64,000 nt of DNA from Polyangiaceae bacterium (GCA_965222375.1 CBDCTZ010000014.1:1024001-1088000), one strand, 5' to 3'. Counted from the stretch's first letter, positions 20,568 to 30,123 are shown. Translations and numbers: made by a program. The notes: generated by a model not told the origin, from the letters alone.

Positions 20568-20588
20568 CTGTAGGGATTTCCCTCTAGG
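20568..20588 (+). promoter_or_regulatory. 21-bp conserved motif CTGTAGGGATTTCCCTCTAGG (further copies at 11651-11671 and 26944-26964, minus strand)
   Basis: 18/21 and 17/21 identity to the other copies; all intergenic. Confidence 0.6.
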
Positions 20589-20752
20589 CTCGCCCCATTG
20601 GCCGAGCCCGAGCCCTGCTGCCCGAAACCACCAACGGATGGGATGCGAGACGTCGACGTGGACTGCAGCTCGAGGCGACGAAGTGAACGAAGCACAAAGA
20701 TCTTGCGGTTGGCGCCTGCCTGATACGAGAGGGCATGCGGTGACGACCGCGA

Positions 20753-20768
20753 CGGTATGCGGGTTGCA
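20753..20768 (+). promoter_or_regulatory. Putative sigma54 promoter (CGGTATGCGGGTTGCA)
   Basis: GG-N10-GC with TTGCA; 15 nt before ATG 20782. Confidence 0.6.
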
Positions 20769-20777
20769 TCGCAGTCG

Positions 20778-20813
20778 AAGGATGCTCACCCGAACAAGGA
20801 TGCTCACCCGAAC
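20778..20813 (+). repeat. 18-bp tandem duplication spanning the start codon
   Basis: AAGGATGCTCACCCGAAC x2. Confidence 0.9.
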
Positions 20814-22155
20814 CCTACGAGGCGCGATCCTGTTGTTGACGACAATCCTGCTGGCAGCGTGCTCGGATTCTCAACCAAGTGTCGGAGCATCTGGCGTTGG
20901 CGGTAGCGCCCCCGGTGGTAACGCCGGATTGGGGGGTAGCTCCGCGCTCGGCGGTACTTCTGGTATAGGCGGCAGCGCCGGCCAGGGCGGAACGACCACC
21001 GGTGGCGGTGCGGGGCAGGGTGGTGCAGCCGCTGGCGCCGCAGGTAGCTCTGGCGCCGGCGGCCAAGCCGGCGGCACGGGTGGCGCTCCTGCGGGCCCCC
21101 GCAAGGTCTACTTCCGAGCTGACTTCGAGACTGGTCAGGTACAGCCCGCTGGAAAGCTCGTCGACGGTTTGGTGCTACGCACTCTTCCTAATCCTCAGGC
21201 TGGCAACAAAGCGGTGCGCTACCCGAAGGGAGGTGGCGGAGTCAATTCCACCGACGACTCCCACGTAGTCCTGTCCGGGCTTGTGCCTCCAAAGAATGGC
21301 AATGGCCCACCGACATCGGATGCGTCGGGAGTCAACGCTCGCCTCGGAAATCACTTCATGAAGCTCTTGCTCGACAAGAGCAAGGACTACACAGATCTCA
21401 ACGGCGCCAAACCCGGGGACCCGCTCCTAGACAAGCCCAGGAATGCGATTGACCCACGACCCCCTGGCGGAAACGTCGGTGGAACGCGGACCGACTACGA
21501 TGTGGAAGTGTACTGGGGGATCTCGCTGTATCTCCCCTCCAACTTCGAGCAGGAAACCAACAAGCGTCGTACTAACTTCGTCGAGATCAAGTCGAAAGGG
21601 GCCTCCCAGAACCATATGTCGTTTGGTGTCGATGGCGAGGCCGGCGGCGGAAAGTGGTACGCGAAGGTGTGGACGGACGATGCATCAGTTTCTCAAGCGG
21701 GTACGACAACCAACGATGTGTTCGACCTCGGCAGTTACGAAGGCGATAAAGGCAAGTGGACGGATTTCGTCTTCTTGGCGCGTTGGAATCCGTTCACCAC
21801 GAAGACGAAGGCCAGCGACGCTGATCCTCAGGGCAGGAACAAGTCCTATCCCGGCAACAAAGGCAAGCTCAGGATCTGGAAGTCCACCGGCGCTGTCGAT
21901 GCAAAAGGCAACCGCAAGTTCGTCGAAATCACGGACGGAAGGCTCCCAATCATCGATGGCCCTGTCGGCCTCGTTCCCCACAAGGACTACGATGTTAGCT
22001 ACGCCTGGCGTATCTACAAGCCGGCCTGGAAGAAGGATACGACCGACGTCACCGGGCCCGTCTTTGCCGGTGTGGATTGTCTGTACATGGGGGAACCCGG
22101 GCGCGACGGGACCACGTTTCGAGATGTGAACCCTGGCCGATTGATGCAGCCGTAG
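20782..22155 (+). CDS. Polysaccharide-lyase-like lipoprotein, paralog of 15849-17238
   Basis: Lipobox LAAC, Gly linker, ADFETG, LDKPR, YWGISLYLPSNF, KGKWTDFV, IYKPAW. Confidence 0.7.
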   Translation: MLTRTRMLTRTLRGAILLLTTILLAACSDSQPSVGASGVGGSAPGGNAGLGGSSALGGTSGIGGSAGQGGTTTGGGAGQGGAAAGAAGSSGAGGQAGGTGGAPAGPRKVYFRADFETGQVQPAGKLVDGLVLRTLPNPQAGNKAVRYPKGGGGVNSTDDSHVVLSGLVPPKNGNGPPTSDASGVNARLGNHFMKLLLDKSKDYTDLNGAKPGDPLLDKPRNAIDPRPPGGNVGGTRTDYDVEVYWGISLYLPSNFEQETNKRRTNFVEIKSKGASQNHMSFGVDGEAGGGKWYAKVWTDDASVSQAGTTTNDVFDLGSYEGDKGKWTDFVFLARWNPFTTKTKASDADPQGRNKSYPGNKGKLRIWKSTGAVDAKGNRKFVEITDGRLPIIDGPVGLVPHKDYDVSYAWRIYKPAWKKDTTDVTGPVFAGVDCLYMGEPGRDGTTFRDVNPGRLMQP

Positions 22156-22206
22156 TGGGCGAAGCGAAGTTGTGGACGGGTGGCTGCGTGGTCTGCGTGC
22201 GACCGA

Positions 22207-23541
22207 CTAGGGTCGAGCTACCTTGAATATGCCACCGGTAGGGTTCTTGGAGCCGCCCCACGACGTGAAGTAGACGTATTGTTCATCGACCGCGATCCCA
22301 TGGTGCGCCACGATGGAATCAGTGGTGACCGGAGTAGGTGGAGCTCCCGGCAGCAATGACAGACTTCCGGTCATGACTACGCCCCCGTTGGTGCCATCCC
22401 TGCCCCAGTAGAGTTCATCTCCATACCTCGCCAGGAAGCGAGCTCCAGGTTGGTTCGTGGCCAGGTCCGAGGCCGCGCCTCCCATTGTGGGTACCGCTCG
22501 CAGAAACTCCCCGTCCCGCCAAATGACCTTGTTGCCCGCAACGACGACGCCCCAACCATTGATGTTCGAAGTCCCTTTTCCAGCTGCGAGCATTTCGGTT
22601 GCGCCACCGGACTTGGCAACACGACTCACGGTCCCGTTGCCGTGGTTGGTCCAGTAGGCATGGGTAGCGTCGAGAGTGAGGATGATGGGTGAGTCCAGGG
22701 AACTCGCGAGTACTTCCGACTTGGTTCCGTTCTTTAGGGCCCGCCCAACGCTGCCGTCGTTGGGCGCGCTCGTTCCACGATCCGTCCAGTACACATGGGT
22801 CGCGTCTATTGCCACACCGACCGGGCGCGCAGCAGTGACGAGTTGTTCCGCTGTTCCCGGACTTTGTAGTGACATTCGGTAGACTGCGCCTGCGTCCTCG
22901 TTGGCCCAATAGACGTGGCTCTGATCCAAAGCGAGGTCTCCGGACCCCGCCGGCGCGTGCAGAAGCGTTGGAGGCTGACCCGACTTTGAATGCTCCAAGC
23001 GCTGCAGTCCCGCGCCACCCGCTGCATTGGTCCAATACGCGTGGGTCGCGTTGACAGCGACCGCCCAGCAGTTGAACTGCTTGTCTGCGATGACGATTGG
23101 GGTGCACATGCCGGATTCACACGGACCGTCCAGGCAATCCCGAGTGCATGTGCCGCAATTCTTGGGATCGACTGCGAGCTCCGCCTCGCAGCCATTAGAG
23201 TCATCGGAGTCGCAATTATCGAATCCCCCATTGCAGCTCGCCAACGCACACTGACCGGCTGAACATTTCGCGGTACCCTTCGTGAACGCACACGGATTGC
23301 AGAATTCAGATGCGCAGCCAAATGCAGGATCGTCTTTGGGTACGCACTTGCCACCGCACAACTTTCCACCACCCTCGCATGCACCACCGGATTCGACCAG
23401 CACATCACCTGTCGAGTCTTGGCTGGCGTCTTTTACTGGAACCGTGTTGCGGAGGGGTGGGAAGTCGGTCAGACAGCTTCCGGCGGCAGCGAGAAGGGTG
23501 AGCACGCTTGCTCCCAAGAACAACCGCGAAGTGAGCGACAT
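22207..23541 (-). CDS. Lipoprotein with Cys-rich repeats and YWTD-like (DUF5050-like) beta-propeller
   Basis: Lipobox AGSC, NCD..SNGCE..DPKNCG.C, repeated VA.D.THVYWT blades. Confidence 0.8.
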   Translation of the reverse strand: MSLTSRLFLGASVLTLLAAAGSCLTDFPPLRNTVPVKDASQDSTGDVLVESGGACEGGGKLCGGKCVPKDDPAFGCASEFCNPCAFTKGTAKCSAGQCALASCNGGFDNCDSDDSNGCEAELAVDPKNCGTCTRDCLDGPCESGMCTPIVIADKQFNCWAVAVNATHAYWTNAAGGAGLQRLEHSKSGQPPTLLHAPAGSGDLALDQSHVYWANEDAGAVYRMSLQSPGTAEQLVTAARPVGVAIDATHVYWTDRGTSAPNDGSVGRALKNGTKSEVLASSLDSPIILTLDATHAYWTNHGNGTVSRVAKSGGATEMLAAGKGTSNINGWGVVVAGNKVIWRDGEFLRAVPTMGGAASDLATNQPGARFLARYGDELYWGRDGTNGGVVMTGSLSLLPGAPPTPVTTDSIVAHHGIAVDEQYVYFTSWGGSKNPTGGIFKVARP

Positions 23542-23773
23542 ACGTTCATCTTTGCACGTGCTGCGCGCTGTTGCCCATCCCCGTTGGATCTTTCCTTCGG
23601 CGACGGGTGTCTGCCGGCAGTGTTCTGTTGCGCCGACTGGACCCGGTGCTGTGCCGTAAAGCACGTGCTGAAAAAAAGCCAACGGGCGCTCCCTCGACCG
23701 ACGCTCCGGCCCGGTCTGCCCGAGGCCGTTGCACATCCGAGCCCCTCGCTGATGGCGGCACGCGCGGCAGCCG

Positions 23774-25201
23774 CTACTTGGTGCAGTCGCGCCCATCGTG
23801 GGTGATGTCGGAGCAAGCAGCGTTCTCGTTGCCGAACTTGATATTGTCGATCCACACCTCGCGCTGTGGACTGGCTTTGAGCGCGTCCGACGTGTCAGCG
23901 AAATAGAGACCGATCGCGTGCCCAAAGCCCTTGGCGGTGTTGAAACTGATGCCGCGATCAAAGGTGATTCCGCCACGGCTCATGTTGTCGACGGGGCGGA
24001 TGTCCAAGACCTTCACCCACGCGCCGAGGTTTTCGCGTTTGAACAACTCGATGAAGCCGCTTCCACCTGCAGCTACGCCCCGGTGATCTGGTTTCCAGTG
24101 AATCACCCAGTCGGTCCAACCACCGATGTTGATGCTATTGAGTGCAGCTTCGGATGAGGCTCGATTGGGGTAGTCCTGGAGCCCGTCCGGCCAACCATTG
24201 TCTGACGGGTATTTGTTGCCGTTGTCGCTGCCGTAGAACATCTGTTTCTGCCAGCACTCTTCGCCCGGATACTTGATTTCAGCACAGTTCTCGGGGCGTA
24301 CCGAGAACCGGCCGTCGTCCGTGGTGGCGTGATAGACGTTCCAACCGCCGTTTCGTGGCGTGATCCAAAAAGTGGGAATGCCGCCGCCATGGCTAGGCTT
24401 GAACTCGTAGACGATGGGGCCGCCGTCGGGGTCAGGGATGTCCGGATCCCAATCCGAATCGATGTACACGCTGAACGTGGCCCAGCGCTCCGTGCGCAGA
24501 GGCAAGGCGTCGTAGACGGCAGTTCCTATGGGTACTGCCGAGTTCTGGGAACGCCGACGAATACAGGTTGGGAATGGAACGTCGCAGTCCGAGATCGACG
24601 CGTTAGTCGGATCGTTTACGGTGTTGGCGGCGTTGCGCACCGTGAAGTAGAACGAAAAGTCCCCCTCGCGAACGAATCCAGCCGGATAGTCGATGCTCTT
24701 GCCGCTGCTCGTGAACGTGCCGCCCGTGCGGTGTACGATCTTTCCGAGCTCGCCGGAGCCAACATGGCCAGCCAATTGATTCCCGTATTGGATCGGGCGG
24801 CCGTGCTCCGGGTACAGGTTCATGATCACCGAGCTTGACGATGCGCCGTGGTAGTCTTTGTAGTTGCCGCCGGTATCGCCCGAACCGGGGTTCGGGTCGG
24901 CGTCTGGGTGCCAGATGATGTTGGCGAGGTTCGGCCCGCCAGCCTTGCCGGCGCTACCGGCGCTGCCACCCCCGTTGCCGGCTCCCCCTTTCCCGCCACC
25001 GCCGAGACCACCGGTCACGCCGGAATCATGGCTCAGCCCCCCCGTACCTCCGGTCAATCCGCCAGCGGCTCCACTGGGTCCTCCCGCTGCACCCGTCGCC
25101 GGTGCATCTTCGCCGCCGCAAGCTCCCATCATCAAGGCGAGGGAGCCAGCGACCGATGCCCTGCTCAGAACTCTCTTTGTGTACGTCCACTGGCTGTGCA
25201 T
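23774..25201 (-). CDS. Polysaccharide-lyase-like lipoprotein
   Basis: Lipobox MGAC, VREGDFS, ERWATFSVYI, GGWTDWVIH, GLY, VWIDNIKFG. Confidence 0.7.
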   Translation of the reverse strand: MHSQWTYTKRVLSRASVAGSLALMMGACGGEDAPATGAAGGPSGAAGGLTGGTGGLSHDSGVTGGLGGGGKGGAGNGGGSAGSAGKAGGPNLANIIWHPDADPNPGSGDTGGNYKDYHGASSSSVIMNLYPEHGRPIQYGNQLAGHVGSGELGKIVHRTGGTFTSSGKSIDYPAGFVREGDFSFYFTVRNAANTVNDPTNASISDCDVPFPTCIRRRSQNSAVPIGTAVYDALPLRTERWATFSVYIDSDWDPDIPDPDGGPIVYEFKPSHGGGIPTFWITPRNGGWNVYHATTDDGRFSVRPENCAEIKYPGEECWQKQMFYGSDNGNKYPSDNGWPDGLQDYPNRASSEAALNSINIGGWTDWVIHWKPDHRGVAAGGSGFIELFKRENLGAWVKVLDIRPVDNMSRGGITFDRGISFNTAKGFGHAIGLYFADTSDALKASPQREVWIDNIKFGNENAACSDITHDGRDCTK

Positions 25202-25215
25202 GGTCGTTGTTGCAA

Positions 25216-25231
25216 AGCATACAACGTGCCA
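25216..25231 (-). promoter_or_regulatory. Sigma54 promoter (TGGCACGTTGTATGCT)
   Basis: Near-perfect consensus; 16 nt before ATG 25201. Confidence 0.75.
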
Positions 25232-25467
25232 GGGATAGTTCACGACCTTGGGCCAGTTTCGACTTCCGCTGCTCATGCGCGACCATTGGGAGTCACAGCT
25301 GCGCGCTATTCGCCGTTTCGAGAGCAGAGTCGCTTGGCGCTGAAGGCGCAATAGATTGTCGCGAGTCCGTCGCGGCGGCCGCCGTGTGGACGATTGCCTA
25401 CAGGACGCGCCCCCTACCCGGGGACGCTCGGAGGCCCTTGCACGTGCATCGTCCGAGAGGGACTCGG

Positions 25468-26832
25468 CTAGTTCGAAGCTTGACCAAGGACCTGCTCTTG
25501 CTTGGTGGATAGCCCGCTCCAGCCTTCGGGTGCCATGTTCTCGAGGGTTGCAGACTCGCAGCCGATCTTCACGTTGTCGTGGATGAGTTCCCGGTTCTGG
25601 GAGAGCGGCCAAACTTGTCCCTTCTCTGCGTACATGCCCACGCTTCCGATGGCGTAGCCGTCGTTGTCGTAGCCAATTCCATGATCAAAGGTCTTGCCAC
25701 CGCGGGTCGTGACCCCCGGGCGGATCTTCAGCACATGGATCCACGAACCGCTTCCCTCACGTTTGAAGACATCAACAAAACCGGTTCCCCCGTTGGCCTT
25801 GCCTCGTGCGTCAAACTTCGCGTGGAACACCCAGTCCGTCCACCCGCCTTTTAGCACGCTCGCCAGCGCCGCCTGACTCTGCGGTGTCGCGAAGTATTTC
25901 AGGCCGTCGGGCCAGCTCGTAGTAGAGGGCTCGTCGCCCGTATAATGCATCTGCTGCTGCCATGGGACCTGGCCATTGACGTTCTTGACGTCAGACCAGC
26001 GGTGCTGAATCCCCCACTGGCCGCCGCTGAGCCCGAGTGACAATGCCGCCGAAACGCCACTGTAGTTGTTCAGGGGCTTGATCCCAAACAACGTCGGGCC
26101 CCAACCAGTCCCGTTGTCGCTCCAGTTTGTAGGCAAGTACACGCTGTAGGAGAGCCACCGTTCCGACATCTGCGGCATGGGTTTGTAGACCTTGAGCTGC
26201 GACGCAGTGATCACGCCCGATCGTCGACGCGTGCAGACCCCGTTGTCGCAGTCCGCGGGCTCGCTTCCGTTCGCCGAGTTTTTCATCGTGAAGCGAGCGG
26301 CATACTTGCCCTGCCGCACGACGTTCTTTTCGAGCGAGGCGCATGATCCGTCGCCATAGTAGGAGCTAGAATTGCGCTGCTTGCCGTCCCCGTCGTCGAC
26401 GGGCCGACAATACGCGGGAATCGCCGAGAAGTTGGGAAACGCGGCGCTATTGGAGTGCCATTGCATGAAGTTTCCCGTCTCGTAATCGCCAGACCACAGA
26501 AGGCAGGTCGAGCTGCTCGCGCCGCTAGCACCCGCTGCTCCAGCCGAGCCCGCTGCTCCAGCGTTGCCTCCGACACCGGCCACGCCGGCGGATCCCCCAC
26601 TGGCTCCGGCAGTTCCGCCCACGGCACTCCCGCCAACGCCGGCGGTTCCACCCGTGATGGAGCCCCCAGTTCCGGCAGTGCTGCCTGAGCTTTCCCGGTC
26701 GCTGGATGAACACCCCATGAGCAGTAGCCACACGAGCGGGAGGAGTTGACACAGACCGCACCTAGCGCGACTCAGCGGCGCCGGAGCGAGCGGCCAGGTT
26801 CTGGCGCGATTTACTTTCGGGAGCAAAGACAT
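25468..26832 (-). CDS. Polysaccharide-lyase-like (PF14099-like) lipoprotein
   Basis: Lipobox LMGC, WSGDYETGNFMQW, VRQGKYAARF, ERWLSYSVYLP, WTDWVFH, GMY, HDNVKIG. Confidence 0.75.
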   Translation of the reverse strand: MSLLPKVNRARTWPLAPAPLSRARCGLCQLLPLVWLLLMGCSSSDRESSGSTAGTGGSITGGTAGVGGSAVGGTAGASGGSAGVAGVGGNAGAAGSAGAAGASGASSSTCLLWSGDYETGNFMQWHSNSAAFPNFSAIPAYCRPVDDGDGKQRNSSSYYGDGSCASLEKNVVRQGKYAARFTMKNSANGSEPADCDNGVCTRRRSGVITASQLKVYKPMPQMSERWLSYSVYLPTNWSDNGTGWGPTLFGIKPLNNYSGVSAALSLGLSGGQWGIQHRWSDVKNVNGQVPWQQQMHYTGDEPSTTSWPDGLKYFATPQSQAALASVLKGGWTDWVFHAKFDARGKANGGTGFVDVFKREGSGSWIHVLKIRPGVTTRGGKTFDHGIGYDNDGYAIGSVGMYAEKGQVWPLSQNRELIHDNVKIGCESATLENMAPEGWSGLSTKQEQVLGQASN

Positions 26833-26844
26833 TGTCTAGGGACA

Positions 26845-26860
26845 AGCAGGGACAAGGCCA
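26845..26860 (-). promoter_or_regulatory. Putative sigma54 promoter (TGGCCTTGTCCCTGCT)
   Basis: GG-N10-GC with TGGC and TGCT; 14 nt before ATG 26832. Confidence 0.55.
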
Positions 26861-27234
26861 ATCACCAGTCCGTACCGAGGTCGAGGGATATTTCCCTTCG
26901 TGGTGGGATCCTCCGAGTGCCAGGCGAAATGTGATGGCGATCCCCTAGGGGGTAGACCCTACAGCTTTCCTTTACCCACGCAACTCGCGTCCGCAAGCGC
27001 GCGCGACAGGTTGGGCAAGGTGGAGCACTGACGAGCATATGACTTACTCGCAGATGACTCCGGACTGTTGCTCATTGGGACGCGTCCGATTGGCGGCTTG
27101 CGAGGGAACTTGGACAAGACTGAGGTGTGGACGGGTTGTCGGTCGTGCCGACGCTGCCGCCTGTAAACCAGTTCGACAGGCGAGAATCATGGGGGCTGTG
27201 CCAGGAGCTTCCGCGTCCGGGGGCGGAACCGAAC

Positions 27235-28569
27235 TCAGGGTCGCGCCAGCTTGTACACGCCACCGTTCGCGACCGTGGCGCTTCCCCAAGCCGTGAAATA
27301 CACGTACTGCTGGTCGCTTGCGATGCCATGCTGACCGGGAATGGGCGCTGCTGTGATGGGGGTCGGTGCAGTGGCCGGCAGGTCGGGAATGGAGCCGGTC
27401 ATGATCTGCGTGTCCGTCTTGGTGCCTCGGCCCCAATACAGATTCGTTCCTTCGCGGGACAGAAAACGAGCAACGGGCTGAGCGGTAGATAGGTCCGTCG
27501 CATTGCCGCCAGTTGCGGCGACCTGGCGGATGAACTCGCCGTCGCGCCAAATCACATTGCCGCCCGTAACAACCAGACCCCAGCCGTTGATGGGCTCAGT
27601 CCCTTTCCCCGGCGCTAGCTGGCTTACGCTGCCCCCAGGCTTGGGCAAACGGTTCACCGCACCGCCCTTCAGGCTCGTCCAGTACGCGTGGGTCACGTCC
27701 AACCGGATGATGAACGGCGACTCCAAGCCCGATGCCAGGACCTCAGGACTTGACCCGTCTTTCAGCGCCCGACCCACCATTCCGTTGCTCGCGCCGCTTG
27801 TGCCGCTATCCGCCCAGTACACGTGGGTTGCGTCGACTGCCACGCCCACGGGGCTGGCGGCAGTTGCGATCTGTTGAGCCGCGCCCGGGCTTTGTTTCGG
27901 CAGACGATAGACTCCGCCGGTGTCGTCGTTGGCCCAGTACACATGGGTCTGGTCCAGAACCAGGTCGCCCTGACCGGACGCTGAATGAAGCAGCTCTGGG
28001 GTCTGACCGGATTTGGAGTGCTCCAGGCGCTGCAGCCCCGCGTTACCGCCGGCATTGGTCCAGTACACGTGGGTCGTGTCGACCGCGACCGACCAAGCGT
28101 TGAACTGCTTGGCAGCCACGACAATGGGGGTGCAGCTGCCGTTTTGGCAGGGACCGTCGAGGCAGTCTCGTCCACAGCTGCCACAGTTCTTGGAGTCAAC
28201 GGCGAGTTCGGCTTCGCAGCCAGTGGATTCGTCGCTATCACAATTGGCGAAACCCGAGCCGCATCCCGCGAGCTTGCACTGTCCGGCGGAGCACTTTGCG
28301 ACTCCATCGGAGAACGCACACGGATTGCAGAATGCCGACGCACAGCCATAGGCAGGGTCATCGGTCGGTACACAACTTTCGCCACACAACTTGCCGCCTC
28401 CCTCGCAGGCGCCGCCGGATTCGGTCAGCGCGTCGCTCGTCTGGTCTTTGCTCGCATCCTGCGACTGCGACGAGTCCCGCAAAGCTGGGAAGTCTGTGAG
28501 ACAGCTCCCCGCGACCAGGAGAAGCGCGAGCACGCTTGTCCCCAGAAGAAGCCGCGAAGCCGGCAACAT
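27235..28569 (-). CDS. Lipoprotein with Cys-rich repeats and YWTD-like beta-propeller, close paralog of 22207-23541
   Basis: Colinear over full length with 22207-23541. Confidence 0.8.
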   Translation of the reverse strand: MLPASRLLLGTSVLALLLVAGSCLTDFPALRDSSQSQDASKDQTSDALTESGGACEGGGKLCGESCVPTDDPAYGCASAFCNPCAFSDGVAKCSAGQCKLAGCGSGFANCDSDESTGCEAELAVDSKNCGSCGRDCLDGPCQNGSCTPIVVAAKQFNAWSVAVDTTHVYWTNAGGNAGLQRLEHSKSGQTPELLHSASGQGDLVLDQTHVYWANDDTGGVYRLPKQSPGAAQQIATAASPVGVAVDATHVYWADSGTSGASNGMVGRALKDGSSPEVLASGLESPFIIRLDVTHAYWTSLKGGAVNRLPKPGGSVSQLAPGKGTEPINGWGLVVTGGNVIWRDGEFIRQVAATGGNATDLSTAQPVARFLSREGTNLYWGRGTKTDTQIMTGSIPDLPATAPTPITAAPIPGQHGIASDQQYVYFTAWGSATVANGGVYKLARP

Positions 28570-28623
28570 GGCGGTCATCTTTGCATGGGCTGGACGCGAT
28601 GCCCAACGCATCGTGATTCCGCC

Positions 28624-28710
28624 TCAGGGCGGAGCGCGACCGTCCGGAGACACGTCGGAGAAACGTGCCTTCGCGTTGCCTATCTTGGTACAATCGTGAT
28701 GAATTTGGCG
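28624..28710 (-). pseudogene. C-terminal remnant of another lyase-like paralog
   Basis: RQIHHDCTKIGNAKARFSDVSPDGRAPP* matches the tails HDNVKIG..ATL.NMAPEG and DNIKFGNENA..SDITHDGR. Confidence 0.6.
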
Positions 28711-28924
28711 GAGCGTGAAGCTCGACGGGCCGCTGCGTTTCGACGCTGCAGCGGCCCCGGATGCGGTCGCATTCGCCTGATTGGCGTAAGATGTAAACCA
28801 AGCTGGCCTCCCAGGTTCTGGCTGAACGTTGACGCTCCGGATGCCGTCAGCGAGCGGCCTATTGTAGGCGTCGTCCCTGAGGCTGGGCCCAACATGGATT
28901 TTGGACACGGCGGTTCAGTGCGCC

Positions 28925-29422
28925 TCAGAACCGCAAACTGGACCAGCTAGATGCTCGACCCATACGGCGCCGTGGTGCGCGAGCCTCGCTGCTAGAGCTG
29001 GTATTCGTCAGTAGCAGGTAGCTTCCGACGCCAACCGCAACGACGGCGCCACCCAGGGCTATGTTCGTGATCAGCCGGTTGCGAACTCCGCGGTCGCGGG
29101 CATCGGCGTCGGTGAATTTGGACTCTTCGTAATCGTCGCTCGCTGCCAGCGTCTGAGTGCCAAAGAAGGCCGCGGCGCCACCGAGCACGACACCGCTGCC
29201 GAGGGCAATCCAACCCCACGTGGCTTGGGAGGAAGACGCAGTGGACGTGGTCGATGTGTCTCGCCCAGCGGGCACTGGGCGGGTCGCTGGAGTGGGCGCT
29301 GGTTTTCCGAGAGACGCATCGCCCGACCCGACCTCGACGCTAACCACCTCGCCGGCGCGCACTTGGATGGGCTTGGTTGTGCTGGACCCATCTGCGCGCT
29401 GGACGGAAACTTCGTGGGTGCC
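28925..29422 (-). pseudogene. 3' half of a TPR/PEGA-like paralog of 13606-14529
   Basis: GTHEVSVQRADGS...QATWGWIALGSGVVLGGAAA...WSSLRF nearly identical; similarity stops abruptly at about 29422. Confidence 0.9.
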
Positions 29423-29577
29423 TGCCTTGTTGCTCGCCATCGGCTGCGGCGGGGACGACTCGTCTGGCTCTGGGGGCGGGTCCGGCGTTGGGGGCACGGG
29501 GACATCCGGGGCCGCGGGCAGCGGTGCTCAGGCGGGTTCGGGTGGATCGAGCGCCAGCGCTGGAAGCTTTGGCTTCG
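29418..29577 (+). pseudogene. Isolated lipobox plus Gly/Ser linker fragment of a lipoprotein
   Basis: VPALLLAIGCGGDDSSGSGGGSG...; no full signal peptide or downstream domain. Confidence 0.7.
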
Positions 29578-30123
29578 CTAGCTGGGCTTTCTCGCTACCA
29601 GCAATGCCCGTCCGCCTTGCTCCTCGCCGCGCTCCGTTGTCAGCTCGGGCAACTCGTTGAGTTCGCCAGGGCGCAAACGGAAACGCCTGGAAGGGTGCTC
29701 GCCGGGGAAATCGTCGGTGAAGGTGCACACCACGGCGACGCCACCGGCTTCGACCAACTCGTGCAAGGAGCCGAGTAGCTCGCGATCGAGGAAGTCGACT
29801 ACGAGCACCAGCGAACGAGGCTGCGCGAAGGGAAGGGGGGCAGACAGGTCCACTTCCCGCGTTGCCACCGTCAACCCGCCTACCCGGGCTCGTTCTGCGA
29901 TCCGCGTGAGCCCAACCGGACTCACGTCCCAGGCTTCTGTGTCGATGCCGTGCCCGGCCAACCACAGGCTGTGTCGGCCAGTTCCGGCAGCAAGATCGAA
30001 AGCCGTCGTTGGCCGCGGATTCAGCGCTTCGATACATCGGACTACGAGCGCGTCCGGCACACGAACCCTGTCTGCGTCCTCACTGGCATGGCGGACGTCC
30101 CAGTGCTCGCGGTCACTCGGCAT
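29578..30123 (-). CDS. Class I SAM-dependent methyltransferase (TehB-like)
   Basis: FDLAAGTGRHSLWLA..G..AWDVS motif I/II. Confidence 0.85.
   Translation of the reverse strand: MPSDREHWDVRHASEDADRVRVPDALVVRCIEALNPRPTTAFDLAAGTGRHSLWLAGHGIDTEAWDVSPVGLTRIAERARVGGLTVATREVDLSAPLPFAQPRSLVLVVDFLDRELLGSLHELVEAGGVAVVCTFTDDFPGEHPSRRFRLRPGELNELPELTTERGEEQGGRALLVARKPS

Noticed and set aside
15849..22155. Inverted paralogs flanking IS21 as a composite transposon or IS-made inversion
   Set aside because: The paralogs are highly diverged and the intact TSD shows a simple later insertion
23542..23976. Long N-terminal extensions in the ORF track (also 25202-25612, 20638-20781, 14530-14895, 19191-19643, 45759-46280)
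   Set aside because: Signal peptides, paralog alignment and promoter/RBS positions support the shorter starts
26907..26922. TGGCAC on the minus strand as a sigma54 promoter
   Set aside because: No GC at the -12 position
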